Assembly (NCBI GenBank): GCA_051294375.1
Contig: CM119263.1
Span: 15,788,532-15,852,531, forward strand
Source of the DNA: Paraspadella gotoi
Taxonomy: Eukaryota > Animalia > Chaetognatha
Reading direction: 5' to 3'
Length of the DNA stretch: 64,000 bases
Shown piece after piece: positions 41,909-64,000 of the stretch. The notes under the pieces are model-generated. The model did not search any database. It saw only the letters and a list, made by a program, of their open reading frames with translations, and had not been told where the DNA came from. The position numbers and the translations under genes are program-made. Each line of letters begins with the position of its first letter. Within the stretch, counting starts at the first letter, position 1.

Positions 41909-42760
41909 ATCTCTCTCTCTCTTCTTCCGCCGCGACTCGCGAGATCCATAGCGCATTCACGTGATCGCATAATTCTTCTCCCAACAACCTCATCACAACA
42001 AAGCCTCACAAAAGAAAATCTCGATCAGAGAGAGAGAGAGAGAGAGAGTGTCTTTAGCGAGTTGTCAGGATTTCGATAGCGCCGATCGTTGTCTGGCACA
42101 AAGAATGTAATGGGGGGAGTACGCGAGCGAGCGTACGACGGCAAGAATCAACTTATTTTTTTTTCCTTTTTGTGGAATTAATAAAAGATATAGAGTCTAG
42201 CCCTCCTTTCAATTGTTGTTGTTGTTGTTTTTGTTGTTGTTCTGTAATCGACGTTCACAAGAAGAACGGCTATTACGTAACTTAAATGGTTTTCGCCTTT
42301 CACATTCATAAATAATAAATACTTCAGTCGATGCAATGATAAACCTGCAATGTTTGAATGTCGTGTGAAAATCGTCAAGACTTTGATCAAGTGAACTCAC
42401 CAGGCGCCGGACAAAAAAACAAAACACCGTAGGCGCTCGAGCAAAAAAAAAACAAACCAGNNNNNNNNNNNNNNNNNNNNNNNNNTAGAATAAACAGAGA
42501 AATGAATGAAAAAAGAAACAGGCAGAGAAAAAAAAGAAAAGGCAAAATAGAAAAAGAAAAAGAAAAAAGGAAAAAGAGACATTCTACGAGACAAGAAAAC
42601 AAGAGAAATAACGAATAGATTATTGAAAAGGGGGAAAAAAAAACCTAAGCTGAAAATGCGAGAAAAGTGTGGAACAAGAAAAAAAAATAGGGATAATGTG
42701 AAAAGAATAGGGGGAAAATATGAAGTAAGGGAGAAAGGAGGGAGTAAAGAGAAAACTTAC

Positions 42761-43970
42761 TTGGCCCGGAGTGACGGAATATTTGATACTCATTTTTTAT
42801 GTCGCTGCGCATGGACGGTGATCAGTCGGTTCCAGGCGGCTTAGGGCTTCACTGAGATGGACATATGGGGAAAAAGGAGAGAAGAAACGCATCAACGTAA
42901 AGCAATGAGACAGACGGTTTTATCATAAAAGGGTACTTGGCTGAAAACTGCGGCTGTGGAAATAGTAGAATTAGCGAATTAAATGATACATTTTTCATCA
43001 TGTCAATTGTTAAGACCGAGCGGAATAAACCGAGACGAGAAACAAAACGCCGACATACGTAGTCCGTAGTTGAATGCGGCCTTGTGGAAATTCATTGAAA
43101 AATTCTGGTGGCGACATCAACACTGGAGGCAATCGAGAGGTGGGTGAGAAGGTGAAGAGTGTGAGGGGCGTTGGGGTGAAAGGGTGAATGGGAGGGATCA
43201 AGTTTCGGTGAGGCGAGAAGGATGGATGATGGTATAAGGGAGGCGACAGCGAAATCCCCAAAGTAAAGACTAAATTTGAAGGAATCGACTCCGCGGGAGA
43301 AGAGGAAAGATTGATGGATGAAAGGATCGAAAGATGGATGGAAAGAAGAATGGAGGAATGGATGATTGGATCGGGTATGTTTCTGACGCAAAAAGATACA
43401 AAACTCACCAATGACTTGAAGGCCGATGCGTCTTGGTCGCGCTTGCACCGTACCCGTGACCACGAGGTTGCATCTGTAGTCTCCCTCGTTTGTCGACGAC
43501 CAAATCGCGAGATGCGGAGAAGACCAATCGGGCGACAGAAAGGGTCGGGGTCACGAAAGGGTCAGGTGTGGATCGGGTTGGAGAGAGATGGATCTATGGA
43601 GGGCGGGTGAAGGGAAGAAGGGAGGTGGGACAAAATCGCGAATCGCTATCTTGATAGAGATTATCCTATTGAGGGTAATAACTACTCAATCTACTATAAT
43701 CGAGAAATTTTTGGTCAATTTTTATTAGATTTGCACCCCATTCTCCCTTGGCCCCCCAGCCGCGATCTTTTTAAACTCCAAAAACCCACGTCACTCACCT
43801 TTGGTCTCGTAGGTGAGCATAGGAAAGTCCGGCCCCGATCCACTGGACGGAGCAAGTGTCGGCGACCGTCGCAATTGATTGATGACGCAGCGAAGATTCA
43901 CCGTTTCGAATTCTCGGTGGGCGTGGCGATCGGGGCCTGGATGAGGGAAGGGCGAGGGGAATCGAGAGCC
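42761..43970 (-). other. Second frameshifted inverted copy of the first three nephrin-like exons (probably assembly duplicate)
   Basis: Reverse complement of 52437-53624 with different indels; its block starts at the same base as the 35674 copy, again after 25 N. Confidence 0.75.
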
Positions 43971-44347
43971 TGCGAAAGGGGCAAAGGAAACAAGAGAAGG
44001 GAGGATGGTCAGCAATTCCGTAGAAAATTGGGGAGGGGATTAAGAAAAACGTTTGTATTATTAAAAGGTTCATTTGTATAACTCTTCGGTGAGTAGGAGA
44101 AAACAGTTTGTGAAAGTTATTGAAATCACATTCGCCTTTCACGGCCTTATAGTGTTCTAATGATTTTATAACTCAGGTTTATCAGCGTATATTCTATTAC
44201 TCCGTTTGACGCCAGAGTTTGCCAGACCGACCGACAATCATCCGATGCCCGTAGAGTGACCAATCCGTTCTCTTTAGAACCGCAATTCATCTTAAGATAT
44301 TGTGGGAATCCTAATTCGCCTCCGTATACTATGCTTGGTGAAACACA

Positions 44348-44556
44348 GCTCGTCCTATTGGCTTGGACAGCTAAGTACTCGCTTCACCAACCGTGATTTC
44401 CGGGTTCAATCTCCTAACGGTCGCGCTGGTTAAAGTGTGATGCTGTCGGCTTAACCACGCCAGTGACATGGGCGTGGTCACTGCAATCCAAAGCCCTGAG
44501 CGCCAGCTGTCGGGACATGCCTCACACCCCAGGCATCACACATGTCTCCCCGTTGC
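44348..44556 (+). mobile_element. SINE, duplicate of 51928-52135 inside the second inverted block
   Basis: Same element with identical flanks. Confidence 0.65.
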
Positions 44557-45443
44557 TCTAATATCCTCATTCTTTTTTCTCTCTCTCTCTATTTTAATTC
44601 TCCGATGGAAACAAAGGAAGAAAATAAAGATATTCGCGGACGAGAATTCATCCAGATTATTTTTCATTTTTTTTTTTGTTTCGTCTCACAAAATCCTCAG
44701 AGAGACGCGATCGAGAACAAATGGAAATTTCGATTCCTTATCCGTCAGTTTATAAACATGGCGGGAAAACGTGATTTGGAGGAAAGCATGAAGAGATGAG
44801 GATGACGATTGACGAGGGAACTTGTAACGAATATCTTTATCTATTTCTTGCTTTTTTGAGAAAAAAATATTTTAACAAAATAATCGCAATAATCAATTGA
44901 CACGTTGGAAAATTGACGAAAAAAAAGGAATTAAAAATAAAGGAAAATCCCTTTCTCACCCCCCCCCCCGATTCCTCGTTATTTCTGTCAACGATGTCCG
45001 TTCCGTCTTGTTGTCTCGCTCATTATTCCGACGACGACAACAACAACAACAACAACAATCAAGGGTTGTTGAGTCAAACGTCTCGGAGAATTCTTCCTTC
45101 CTCATAAGTTTGAGTTTCGCTTCGGCGTCGGAAGGACGAATATCTGATGGAGGAAGACATTCTCTGATTTGCGAGATTCGAGCGAAAGGGAAACGAAGAC
45201 GAACGAAGGGACGATTGTCTCTTTTTTTTTCTGCTTTTTTACGCGGTCGTCACGTGACTGCGGTAATCTTAATGCGAAATGGGCATAATGTTCAACGAAA
45301 TACGTTTGTATAATTTAAAAAAAAGGAAAATTGCTCGGAGAGGAAACAAAAGCCTACAAATTGTAAGAACTAAGAAGTATTAACTTCTGATTTCTAATCA
45401 GGAACAAAGCTCTCTCTCTCTCTCTCTCTCTTCTCTCTTCTCT

Positions 45444-45492
<49 letters not shown>

Positions 45493-47032
45493 TAATCATT
45501 TTAACCCTGAATATTTGCATTTAAATCATCCCCGCTTCAAATTGAAGTCGGAATTAGAAGGAGCGCCGATGCGATGAGGTTTATATTAAAAAGGGAATAC
45601 GAGATTGAGGGAGGAAGGCGGCGAGGCGGAAGAGCTTCGTGTATTTCTTCTCATCTCTTCCTTTCTTTTTTTTTTTTTTTGTGCTGTCCTTGTCGCTTTC
45701 TTGTCTTTTTTTTTCGTCTTGTTTGTCTCCTTTTTCTTCCTCTTAGTCGATTCCGTGTCTCATCTGTTTCTCAAGATCGAACGCGTCTCGGCCCGAACAG
45801 ATGCCGAGATATATTTTCGCTCCCCCCCCTTCCCCCCGAGGTCTCTGATTTCGCGTTATCTCTACTGCCTCTTCTCCTCCTCTCCCTTTTCCTATTTTTC
45901 ACGCCCTTGCTTGATCGGCCATTAGGTAATCTCATCTCTCCTTTGACATATCATCCTCTCACCCACCCGGTCCCATCCCATTATCATTTTCATGTTATCC
46001 TGATTTATTTCACTCAATTTTATTCGCCGCGTTATTCTTTTATGAGATCTTTGTACCATTTTTTTTTTAAAATTCATTTTTATTGGTAGGCGATTGTGTT
46101 TTCTATCTCTCTCTCTCTCTCCCGGTTGTCCGTTTGTTTCAGTCGGTCGATTCATGCGCGCGCGACTGTCGAGACCAGTCGTGCGAACAAGCGTCACTGA
46201 CACCGGACTCTGGCGGTTGAAAACGTGACAAGCGGGGAAAAAGAATAACAAGGCTCGGCGTTTCGCTTTCAACTTTCAACAAAGAGCGACGCTTCAGTGG
46301 GCAGATCGAGAAATTAAAAAAAATCAGATTTTTAAGTCAAAAAAAAAAAAAAAGAAAAAAAAAAACTGGAAGAGAACAACGGGTTTTCTTTCAATGCATG
46401 AATGAATGAATAAATGGATGAATGAATTAATGAAGGAAAAGAAGGATTTTTTTTTCCGGAGGGTCGTTTTAATCTTGGTTCCAATGATGTGCCATATGGT
46501 TTAAAATGATATTTTATCTAGGGATAATAAATCTGAATACGCATTCAAAAACATCCCACCGACCTCCCGATTGATGGGGAAGTCGGTTACGTAAAGTGGT
46601 CCCGAAATTTGACCACTGAATTATTGACTACCGAATTACATACCCTAATAATTACTACCGTACTTACAACCCTAAATAATTACGATACTCTCACAAACTT
46701 TTGTAGACTGAAGTGAATGAGACGATCCAGCGAGGAACACCTTTTGTTTAGACCCCGTCTTCATCGCACCTCCATCGGCCATCTAACCATCCCCATCACA
46801 TCCCCATCACAAGCGCCCGAACGAAGGTTCACTGTCCGGTTCCACTCACGCGCCTTCTTTTCGCTTTCACGCTCTTCGCTTAACATTACGTTCCACGATT
46901 CGCAGATTCGCTCCTCGGTTCACGATTCACGCTTTCCATTTCTATTTTACAATCCTCGACTAGCAATTTTCCACTTCCGTCCACGATTTATGATTCGCCC
47001 GTTTCCGTCCCTCTCTCCCTCTTTCTCTCTTG

Positions 47033-47112
<80 letters not shown>

Positions 47113-49365
47113 TCTCTCTCTCTTCTCTCTCTACTCTCTCTCTCTCTCGACTTCTAGTCTATTTCAAAAATTTCGTTACCGCGTTTTTCTTTTTATAAAC
47201 CCGACGAAGGGGAAACAAAATTCTGATTTTGAGGGTTCAAGAATCGCGAGTCGTGAAAAAAGTGTGGGGGCGGGGGGGGGGAGGAGTCTAAAAATAGAAA
47301 AAAGTATGGAAGGGAAATCGGGTCGTAATAACAAAAAGGGGAAGGAGGGTGAAAAATGGAATAAGAAAATAATCTAGGAAGCAGACGGAAACGTAGATGA
47401 AAAAAAAAATAAAAGAGAGAATGGAAGGGATTAAATAGAGAGATGGAGAAAAGGAGAATTCGCGAGATCAGGGCCGAAATGGAAATTGGAATGAGAATTG
47501 TTAGGGTGGAAAAAAAAGGAATAAGTGAGGAAGGATGAGAGCGTTGAACGAATGGGGAGAGAATTGGAAAGAGTTCAATCGGGAGAATGGAATGAGAACA
47601 GTTCAATCGGAGAAGCAGTTCCGGAGATGCGAGAGATGGAAAGAAAGCAATGAGTAGAAAGAGAATTATGCAAGGAAAGAGAAAGATTCGGACAGTCGTG
47701 TGTTTAGTGTGTTGTCGAAAGGGGACAGGGAAGAGTGGCATCTCTGTCGCTCGAAGTGACAACAACAATTCTTGCTCCATTTTTAAAAGTTCGATCGTGC
47801 GCGGCGAAGACTCCGAGGAAAACGAAATTTGTAAAACGCATTAAAGTTAAAAAATAATAAATACTGTTTTCGATACATTGTGAAATAACTTACAATAAGT
47901 CCGCCGGAATATATTACAAATGCTTAAGAAGATATTTGTATAAGCAACACGAATCATGTCTCAAAAATATCGTCAAAATTTCAACTCATCGTCCCTCACT
48001 TTTTCTCTTCGTCGGCCCTTACCTAATCTGGTTTCACCCTCGATAGCCACAACAGAAATAGACGAAACTTGGCCGCTAATCCCTTTGATCGCGTTCACGC
48101 CTTCGCGCGTCCTCGCCGTCATCCAACCCTTCACATTTCCTTCACAGTTCACGCTTCGACGCCGGAGGCAAAAAAAAAAAAAAAGAAATTTCCGCGGCGC
48201 TTTTTTTTTTTTTTTGCCTCCGGCGTCGAAGCGTGAACTGTGAAGGAAATGTGAAGGGTTGGATGACGGCGAGGACGCGCGAAGGCGTGAACGCGATCAA
48301 AGGGGATTAGCGGCCAAGTTTCGTCTATTTTCTGTTGTGGCTATCGAGGGTGAAACCAGATTAGGTAAGGGCCGACGAAGAGAAAAAGTGAGGGACGATG
48401 AGTTGAAATTCTGACGATATTTTTGAGACATGATTCGTGTTGCTTATACAAATATCTTCTTAAGCATTTGTAATATATTCCGGCGGACTTATTGTAAGTT
48501 ATTTCACAATGTATCGAAAACAGTATTTATTATTTTTTAACTTTAATGCGTTTTACAAATTTCGTTTTCCTCGGAGTCTTCGCCGCGCACGATCGAACTT
48601 TTAAAAATGGAGCAAGAATTGTTGTTGTCACTTCGAGCGACAGAGATGCCACTCTTCCCTGTCCCCTTTCGACAACACACTAAACACACGACTGTCCCGA
48701 ATCTTTCTCTTTCCTTGCATAATTCTTCTTTCTCTCGCCTCCACTCCCGATTGAACTGTTCTCTTTCCAATTCTCCCGATTGAACTCTTTCCAATTCTCT
48801 CCCCTATTCGTTCAACGCTCTCATCCTTCCTCACTTATTCCTTTTTTTTCCACCCTAACAATTCTCATTCCAATTTCCATTTCGGCCCTGATCTCGCGAA
48901 TTCTCCTTTTTCTCCATCTCTCTATTTAATCCCTTCCATTCTCTCTTTTTATTTTTTTTTTCATCTACGTTTCCGTCTGCTTCCTAGATTATTTTCTTAT
49001 TCCATTTTTCACCCTCCTTCCCCTTTTTTGTTATTACGACCCGATTTCCCTTCCATACTTTTTTCTATTTTTAGACTCCTCCCCCCCCCCGCCCCCACAC
49101 TTTTTTCACGACTCGCGATTCTTGAACCCTCAAAATCAGAATTTTGTTTCCCCTTCGTCGGGTTTATAAAAAAAAAACGCGGAAACGAAATTTTTGAAAT
49201 AGAGTCAAGGAAGTGGAGAGAGAGAGAGAGACGAGGAGGAGAGAGAGAGAGGAGAAAGGAGAGAGATGAGAGAAAGAGAGATAGAGAGGAGGAAGACGAG
49301 AGAGAGAGAGTGAGAGAGCAGAGAGAGGGAGAAGGAGGGGGGGGAGAGAGAGAAGAGAGAAAGAG

Positions 49366-49399
<34 letters not shown>

Positions 49400-50984
49400 T
49401 GACAAGAGAGAGGAAGAGAGAGAGAGGGACGGAAACGGGCGAATCATAAATCGTGGACGGAAGTGGAAAATTGCTAGTCGAGGATTGTAAAATAGAAATG
49501 GAAAGCGTGAATCGTGAACCGAGGAGCCATCTGCGAATCGTGGAACGTAATGTTAAGCGAAGAGCGTGAAAGCGAAAAGAAGGCGCGTGAGTGGAACCGG
49601 ACAGTGAACCTTCGTTCGGGGCGCTTGTGATGGGGATGTTGATGGAGATGGTTAGATGGCCGATGGAGGTGGCGATGAAGACGGGGTCTAAACAAAAGGG
49701 TTTTGTTCCTCGCTGGGATCGTCTCATTCACTTCAGTCTACAAAAGTTTGTGAGACACTTTATTTAGGGTTTGTAAGTGAGGTAATCAATAATTATTTAG
49801 GGTTTGTAAGTGAGGTAGTTAATAATTATTTAGGGTATGTAAGTTCGGTAGTCAATAATTCAGTGGTCAAATTCTGGGACCACTTTACGTAACCGACTTC
49901 CCCATCAATCGGAGGTCGGTGGGATGTTTTTGAATGCGTATTCAGATTTATTATCCCTAGATAAAATATCATTTTAAACCATATGGCACATCATTGGTAA
50001 CCAAGATTAAAAACGACCCTCCGGAAAAAAAATCCTTCTTTTCCTTCATTAATTCATTCATCCATTTATTCATTCATTCATGCATTGAAAGAAAACCCGT
50101 TGTTCTCTTCCAGTTTTTTTTTCTTTTTTTTTTTTTTGACTTAAAAATCTGATTTTTTTTAATTTCTCGATCTGCCCACTGAAGCGTCGCTCTTTGTTGA
50201 AAGTTGAAAGCGAAACGCCGAGCCTTGTTATTCTTTTTCCCCGCTTGTCACGTTTCAACCGCCAGAGTCCGGTGTTCAGTGACGCTGTTCGCACGACTGG
50301 TCTCGACAGTCGGCGCGCATGAATCGACCGACTGAAGCAAACGGACAACCGGGAGAGAGAGAGAGAGATAGAAAACACAATCGCCTACCAATAAAAATGA
50401 ATTTTAAAAAAAAATGGTACAAAGATCTCATAAAAGAATAACGCGGCGAATAAAATTGAGTGAAATAAATCAGGATAACATGAAAATGATAATGGGATGG
50501 GACCGGGTGGGTGAGAGGATGATATGTCAAAGGAGAGATGAGATTACCTAATGGCCGATCAAGCAAGGGCGTGAAAAATAGGAAAAGGAGAGAGGGAGAA
50601 GAGGCGAGTAGAGATAACGCGAAATCAGAGACCTCGGGGGGAAGGGGGGGGGGAGCGAAAATATATCTCGGCATCTGTTCGGGCCGAGACGCTTCGATCT
50701 TGAGAAACAGATGAGACACGGAATCGACTAAGAGGAGAGAAAAAGGAGACAAACAAGACGAAAAAAAAAGACAAGAAAAGACAAGACAGCACAAAAAAAA
50801 GGGAAAAAAAAGAAAGGAAGAAGATGAGAAGAAATACACGAAGCTCTTCCGCCTCGCCGCCTCCTCCCTCAATCTCGTATTCCCTTTTTAATATAAACCT
50901 CATCGCATCGGCGCTCCTTCTAATTCCGACTTCAATTTGAAGCGGGGATGATTTAAATGCAAATATTCAGGGTTAAAATGATTA

Positions 50985-51078
<94 letters not shown>

Positions 51079-51927
51079 TTGTCCTGATTAGAAATCAGAA
51101 GTTAATACTTCTTAGTTCTTACAATTTGTAGGCTTTTGTTTCCTCTCCTAGCAATTTTCCTTTTTTTTTAAATTACAAACGTATTTCGTTGAACATTATG
51201 CCCATTTCGCATTAAGATTACCGCAGTCACGTGACGACCGCGGTAAAAAAGCAGAAAAAAAAAAGAGACAATCGTCCCTTCGTTCGTCTTCGTTTCCCTT
51301 TCGCTCGAATCTCGCAAATCAGAGAATGTCTTCCTCCATCAGATATTCGTCCTTCCGACGCCGAAGCGAAACTCAAACTTATGAGGAAGAAGAATTCTCC
51401 GAGACGTTTGCTCAACAACCCTTGATTGTTGTTGTTGTTGTTGTCGTCGTCGGAATAATGAGCGAGACAACAAGACGGAACGGACATCGTTGACAGAAAT
51501 AACGAGGAATCGGGGGGGGGGTGAAAAGGGATTTTCCTTTATTTAATATCCTTTTTTTTTCCTCTATTTTCCAACGTGTCAATTCAGATTGCGATTATTT
51601 TGTTAAAATATTTTTTATTCTCAAAAAAGCAAGAAATAGATAAAGATATTCGTTACAAGTTTCCTCGTCAATCGTCATCCTCATCTCTTCATCCTTTCCT
51701 CCACAATCACGTTTTCCCGCCATGTTTATAAACTGACGGATAAGGAATCGAAATTTCCATTTGTTCTCGATCGCGTCTCTCTGAGGATTTTGTGAGACGA
51801 AACAAAAAAAAAAAAAAGAAAAATAATCTGGATGAATTCTCGTCCGCGCAATATCTTTATTTTCTTCCTTTGTTTCCATCGGAGAATTAAAATAGAGAGA
51901 GAGAGAAAAAAGAATGAGGATATTACA

Positions 51928-52135
51928 GCAACGGGGAGACATGTGTGATGCCTGGGGTGTGAGGCATGTCCCGACAGCTGGCGCTCAGGGCTTTGGATTT
52001 GCAGTGACCACGCCATGTCACTGGCGTGGTTAAGCCGACAGCATCACACTTTAACCAGCGCGACCGTTAGGAGATTGAACCCGGAATTCACGGTTGGTGA
52101 ACGAGTACTAAGCTGTCCAAGCCAATAGGACGAGC
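51928..52135 (-). mobile_element. tRNA-derived SINE (same family, diverged copy), just upstream of the first identified nephrin-like exon
   Basis: TGGCTTGGACAGCT...GGGTTCAATCTCC, CAGTGAC/GTCACTG hairpin, ends ATCACA...CCCGTTGC as in the 13911 copy. Confidence 0.7.
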
Positions 52136-52436
52136 TGTGTTTCACCAAGCTATAGTATACGGGAGGCGAATTTAGGATTCGCCACAATATCTTAAATGAA
52201 TTCGGTTCTAAAGAGAACGGATTGGTCACTCTACGGGCATCGGATGATTGTCGGTCGGTCTGGCAAACTCTGGCGGTCAAACGGAGGAATTAGAATAAAC
52301 GTCTGTCATTATAAAACCGTGGGAGTTTATAACCCTATCATCGTAATAATACAAACGTTTTTCTTAATCCCCTCCCAATTTTCTACGGAATTGCTGACCA
52401 TCCTCCCTTCCCTCTTTTTTCCTTTCCCCTTTCCAG

Positions 52437-62541
<10,105 letters not shown>

Positions 62542-64000
62542 GTGAGTCGTTGTGAGAGTTCGGAATCACGAGGGAATTAATGGGCGGGGAAGCTAAAGGG
62601 GTCTGGGAAGGAATGAGTGAAGGAAGTTTGGCGCTGGGAAGGATTTATCGAGATAGAAAAGCTTTTAAGGTGGAAGGAATGAATTAAAGAGAAAGTTTAG
62701 TGGCGAAAGGAAATTAGGAAAGTTTGCTATTGCTATAAAGAATATGATGACATTCAAGAAAAGAATTAAAACAAAAGTTTGGCAATCGAAGTAAATTAAA
62801 GTAAACAACGATTTTGCACTTGTGACGAGTAAATAATTTCTCTTTATTTCGCTCTGTGCAAGGAGACGGGTGAAAAAAAAGCGAATAAGTGAGGCATTTT
62901 TTGGTTCGATTCACGACGTGATGGATGACCGTAATGAACTAAAACTTATGCTTCACTATGACCAAAAAGTGTGAGCGACTCGACCCGAATTCCCTAATCA
63001 CGTGACTTTTGCACCCATCGCCATTACGACGTCATTATTCACAAGACGAGCGTAAAAAAAAAGGACAAAAATGAAAACAGAGAAATGCCAAAAAAAAAAA
63101 TGAAAAATGATAATAATTGTAGATTTGTGACAAAACTTTTTCTTTCTCTAGGTCTCTCTCCTATGTATGTATCTTTTTTTTATTTTCCTCTCCCTCTCCT
63201 TTTTTATCACTTCCTCCCTCTCCTTTTTTTATCTCTTCCTCCCTCGTTCCTCCTCTTCCTTCCTCTCCCTTGACCTCTGCCTCTCCGTTCAATCGACCGA
63301 CTGATCGAGGGTCTGACGGAAATACGAAACGAGACGAAGACGAAAACAATGATGGTTGATTGAACATCCAATAAAAAAAAAAAAAAATCCAAATGCCGAG
63401 CGCAAAAAAAAAAAAAACAGGAGGAAAAAAAGCGGGAAAAAAAAAAAGAGCAAAAAAAAAAGCTGCTAAAAAAAAAGAAGAAATCATAAAGAAAAGGGGC
63501 GAGGAAAACTTTGTCTCGCTTGTCCCTTGAATTCTGATGAGAACAACGGACGTCGGAGCAGGAATACAGAGTTTGGGTCGAATATCCTCGCCTCGTCGCG
63601 CGGAGGGGTCGAAGCTTTCGCCATTTCATATGTCGTTTTATTGGATCGCACTGATAAAACGGGGATCAACTTCTCGAGCTTTATCGACTGACGGATGATA
63701 AACTTATCGATTGGAGATTTCATTTTTATTTGTCCAATTTTCACTTTACTTTATCGCAATACGTTAAGAACCTGAATATCTTTTTTTTATTTATAAAAGT
63801 CTAGGAATTGACCCCTTGCAACCCGGAGGTGATCTGGCTGGGATGCAAAGAGAGTTCCAGCGAGAGCAAAGGGAGGCGCAGGATTAATAAAGGCTGACGT
63901 CCCGTCATCCAAGGAGACGAGAATAAGATTAAAAGATTTTTTTTTTTCATTAGAGCTTCGTCCGTGAGAGGCGTGAATGTCGCGTTTGGCTATGGCGCCT

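Noticed and set aside
35674-48200. Tandem Ig pseudogenes or a somatic diversification cassette
   Set aside because: Identical breakpoints at 25-N gaps, identical introns and flanks, indel-type noise only
48263-48364. ATG-to-GTAAGG segment as the first exon of the nephrin-like gene
   Set aside because: Phase-compatible in the cleaner copies, but the peptide (MTARTREGVNAIKG...) is not a signal peptide

Overview
AT-rich, microsatellite-dense eukaryotic (probably invertebrate) draft-assembly window; almost all ORFs in the supplied track are low-complexity noise. The one well-supported gene is a spliced + strand Ig-superfamily gene. Its 11 phase-compatible GT-AG exons (52437-62541, about 450 codons) encode four tandem Ig domains resembling nephrin/sns/SYG-2 Ig1-Ig4, with both ends missing. 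A second, unidentified spliced gene may lie on the - strand (about 21-32 kb). Mobile elements include four small non-autonomous DNA transposons: a TTAA Kolobok-like element, a TA Tc1/mariner-like element, an 8-bp-TSD hAT-like element and a foldback element nested in it. There is also a tRNA-derived SINE family with conserved hairpins. The multi-kb palindromes and triplication (1-13.2 kb, 35.7-53.9 kb) are best explained as long-read gap fills pasted in the wrong orientation around 25-N gaps. One of them preserves both the filled and the empty allele of the Kolobok-like insertion. I found no convincing evidence of a wholly new biological system.
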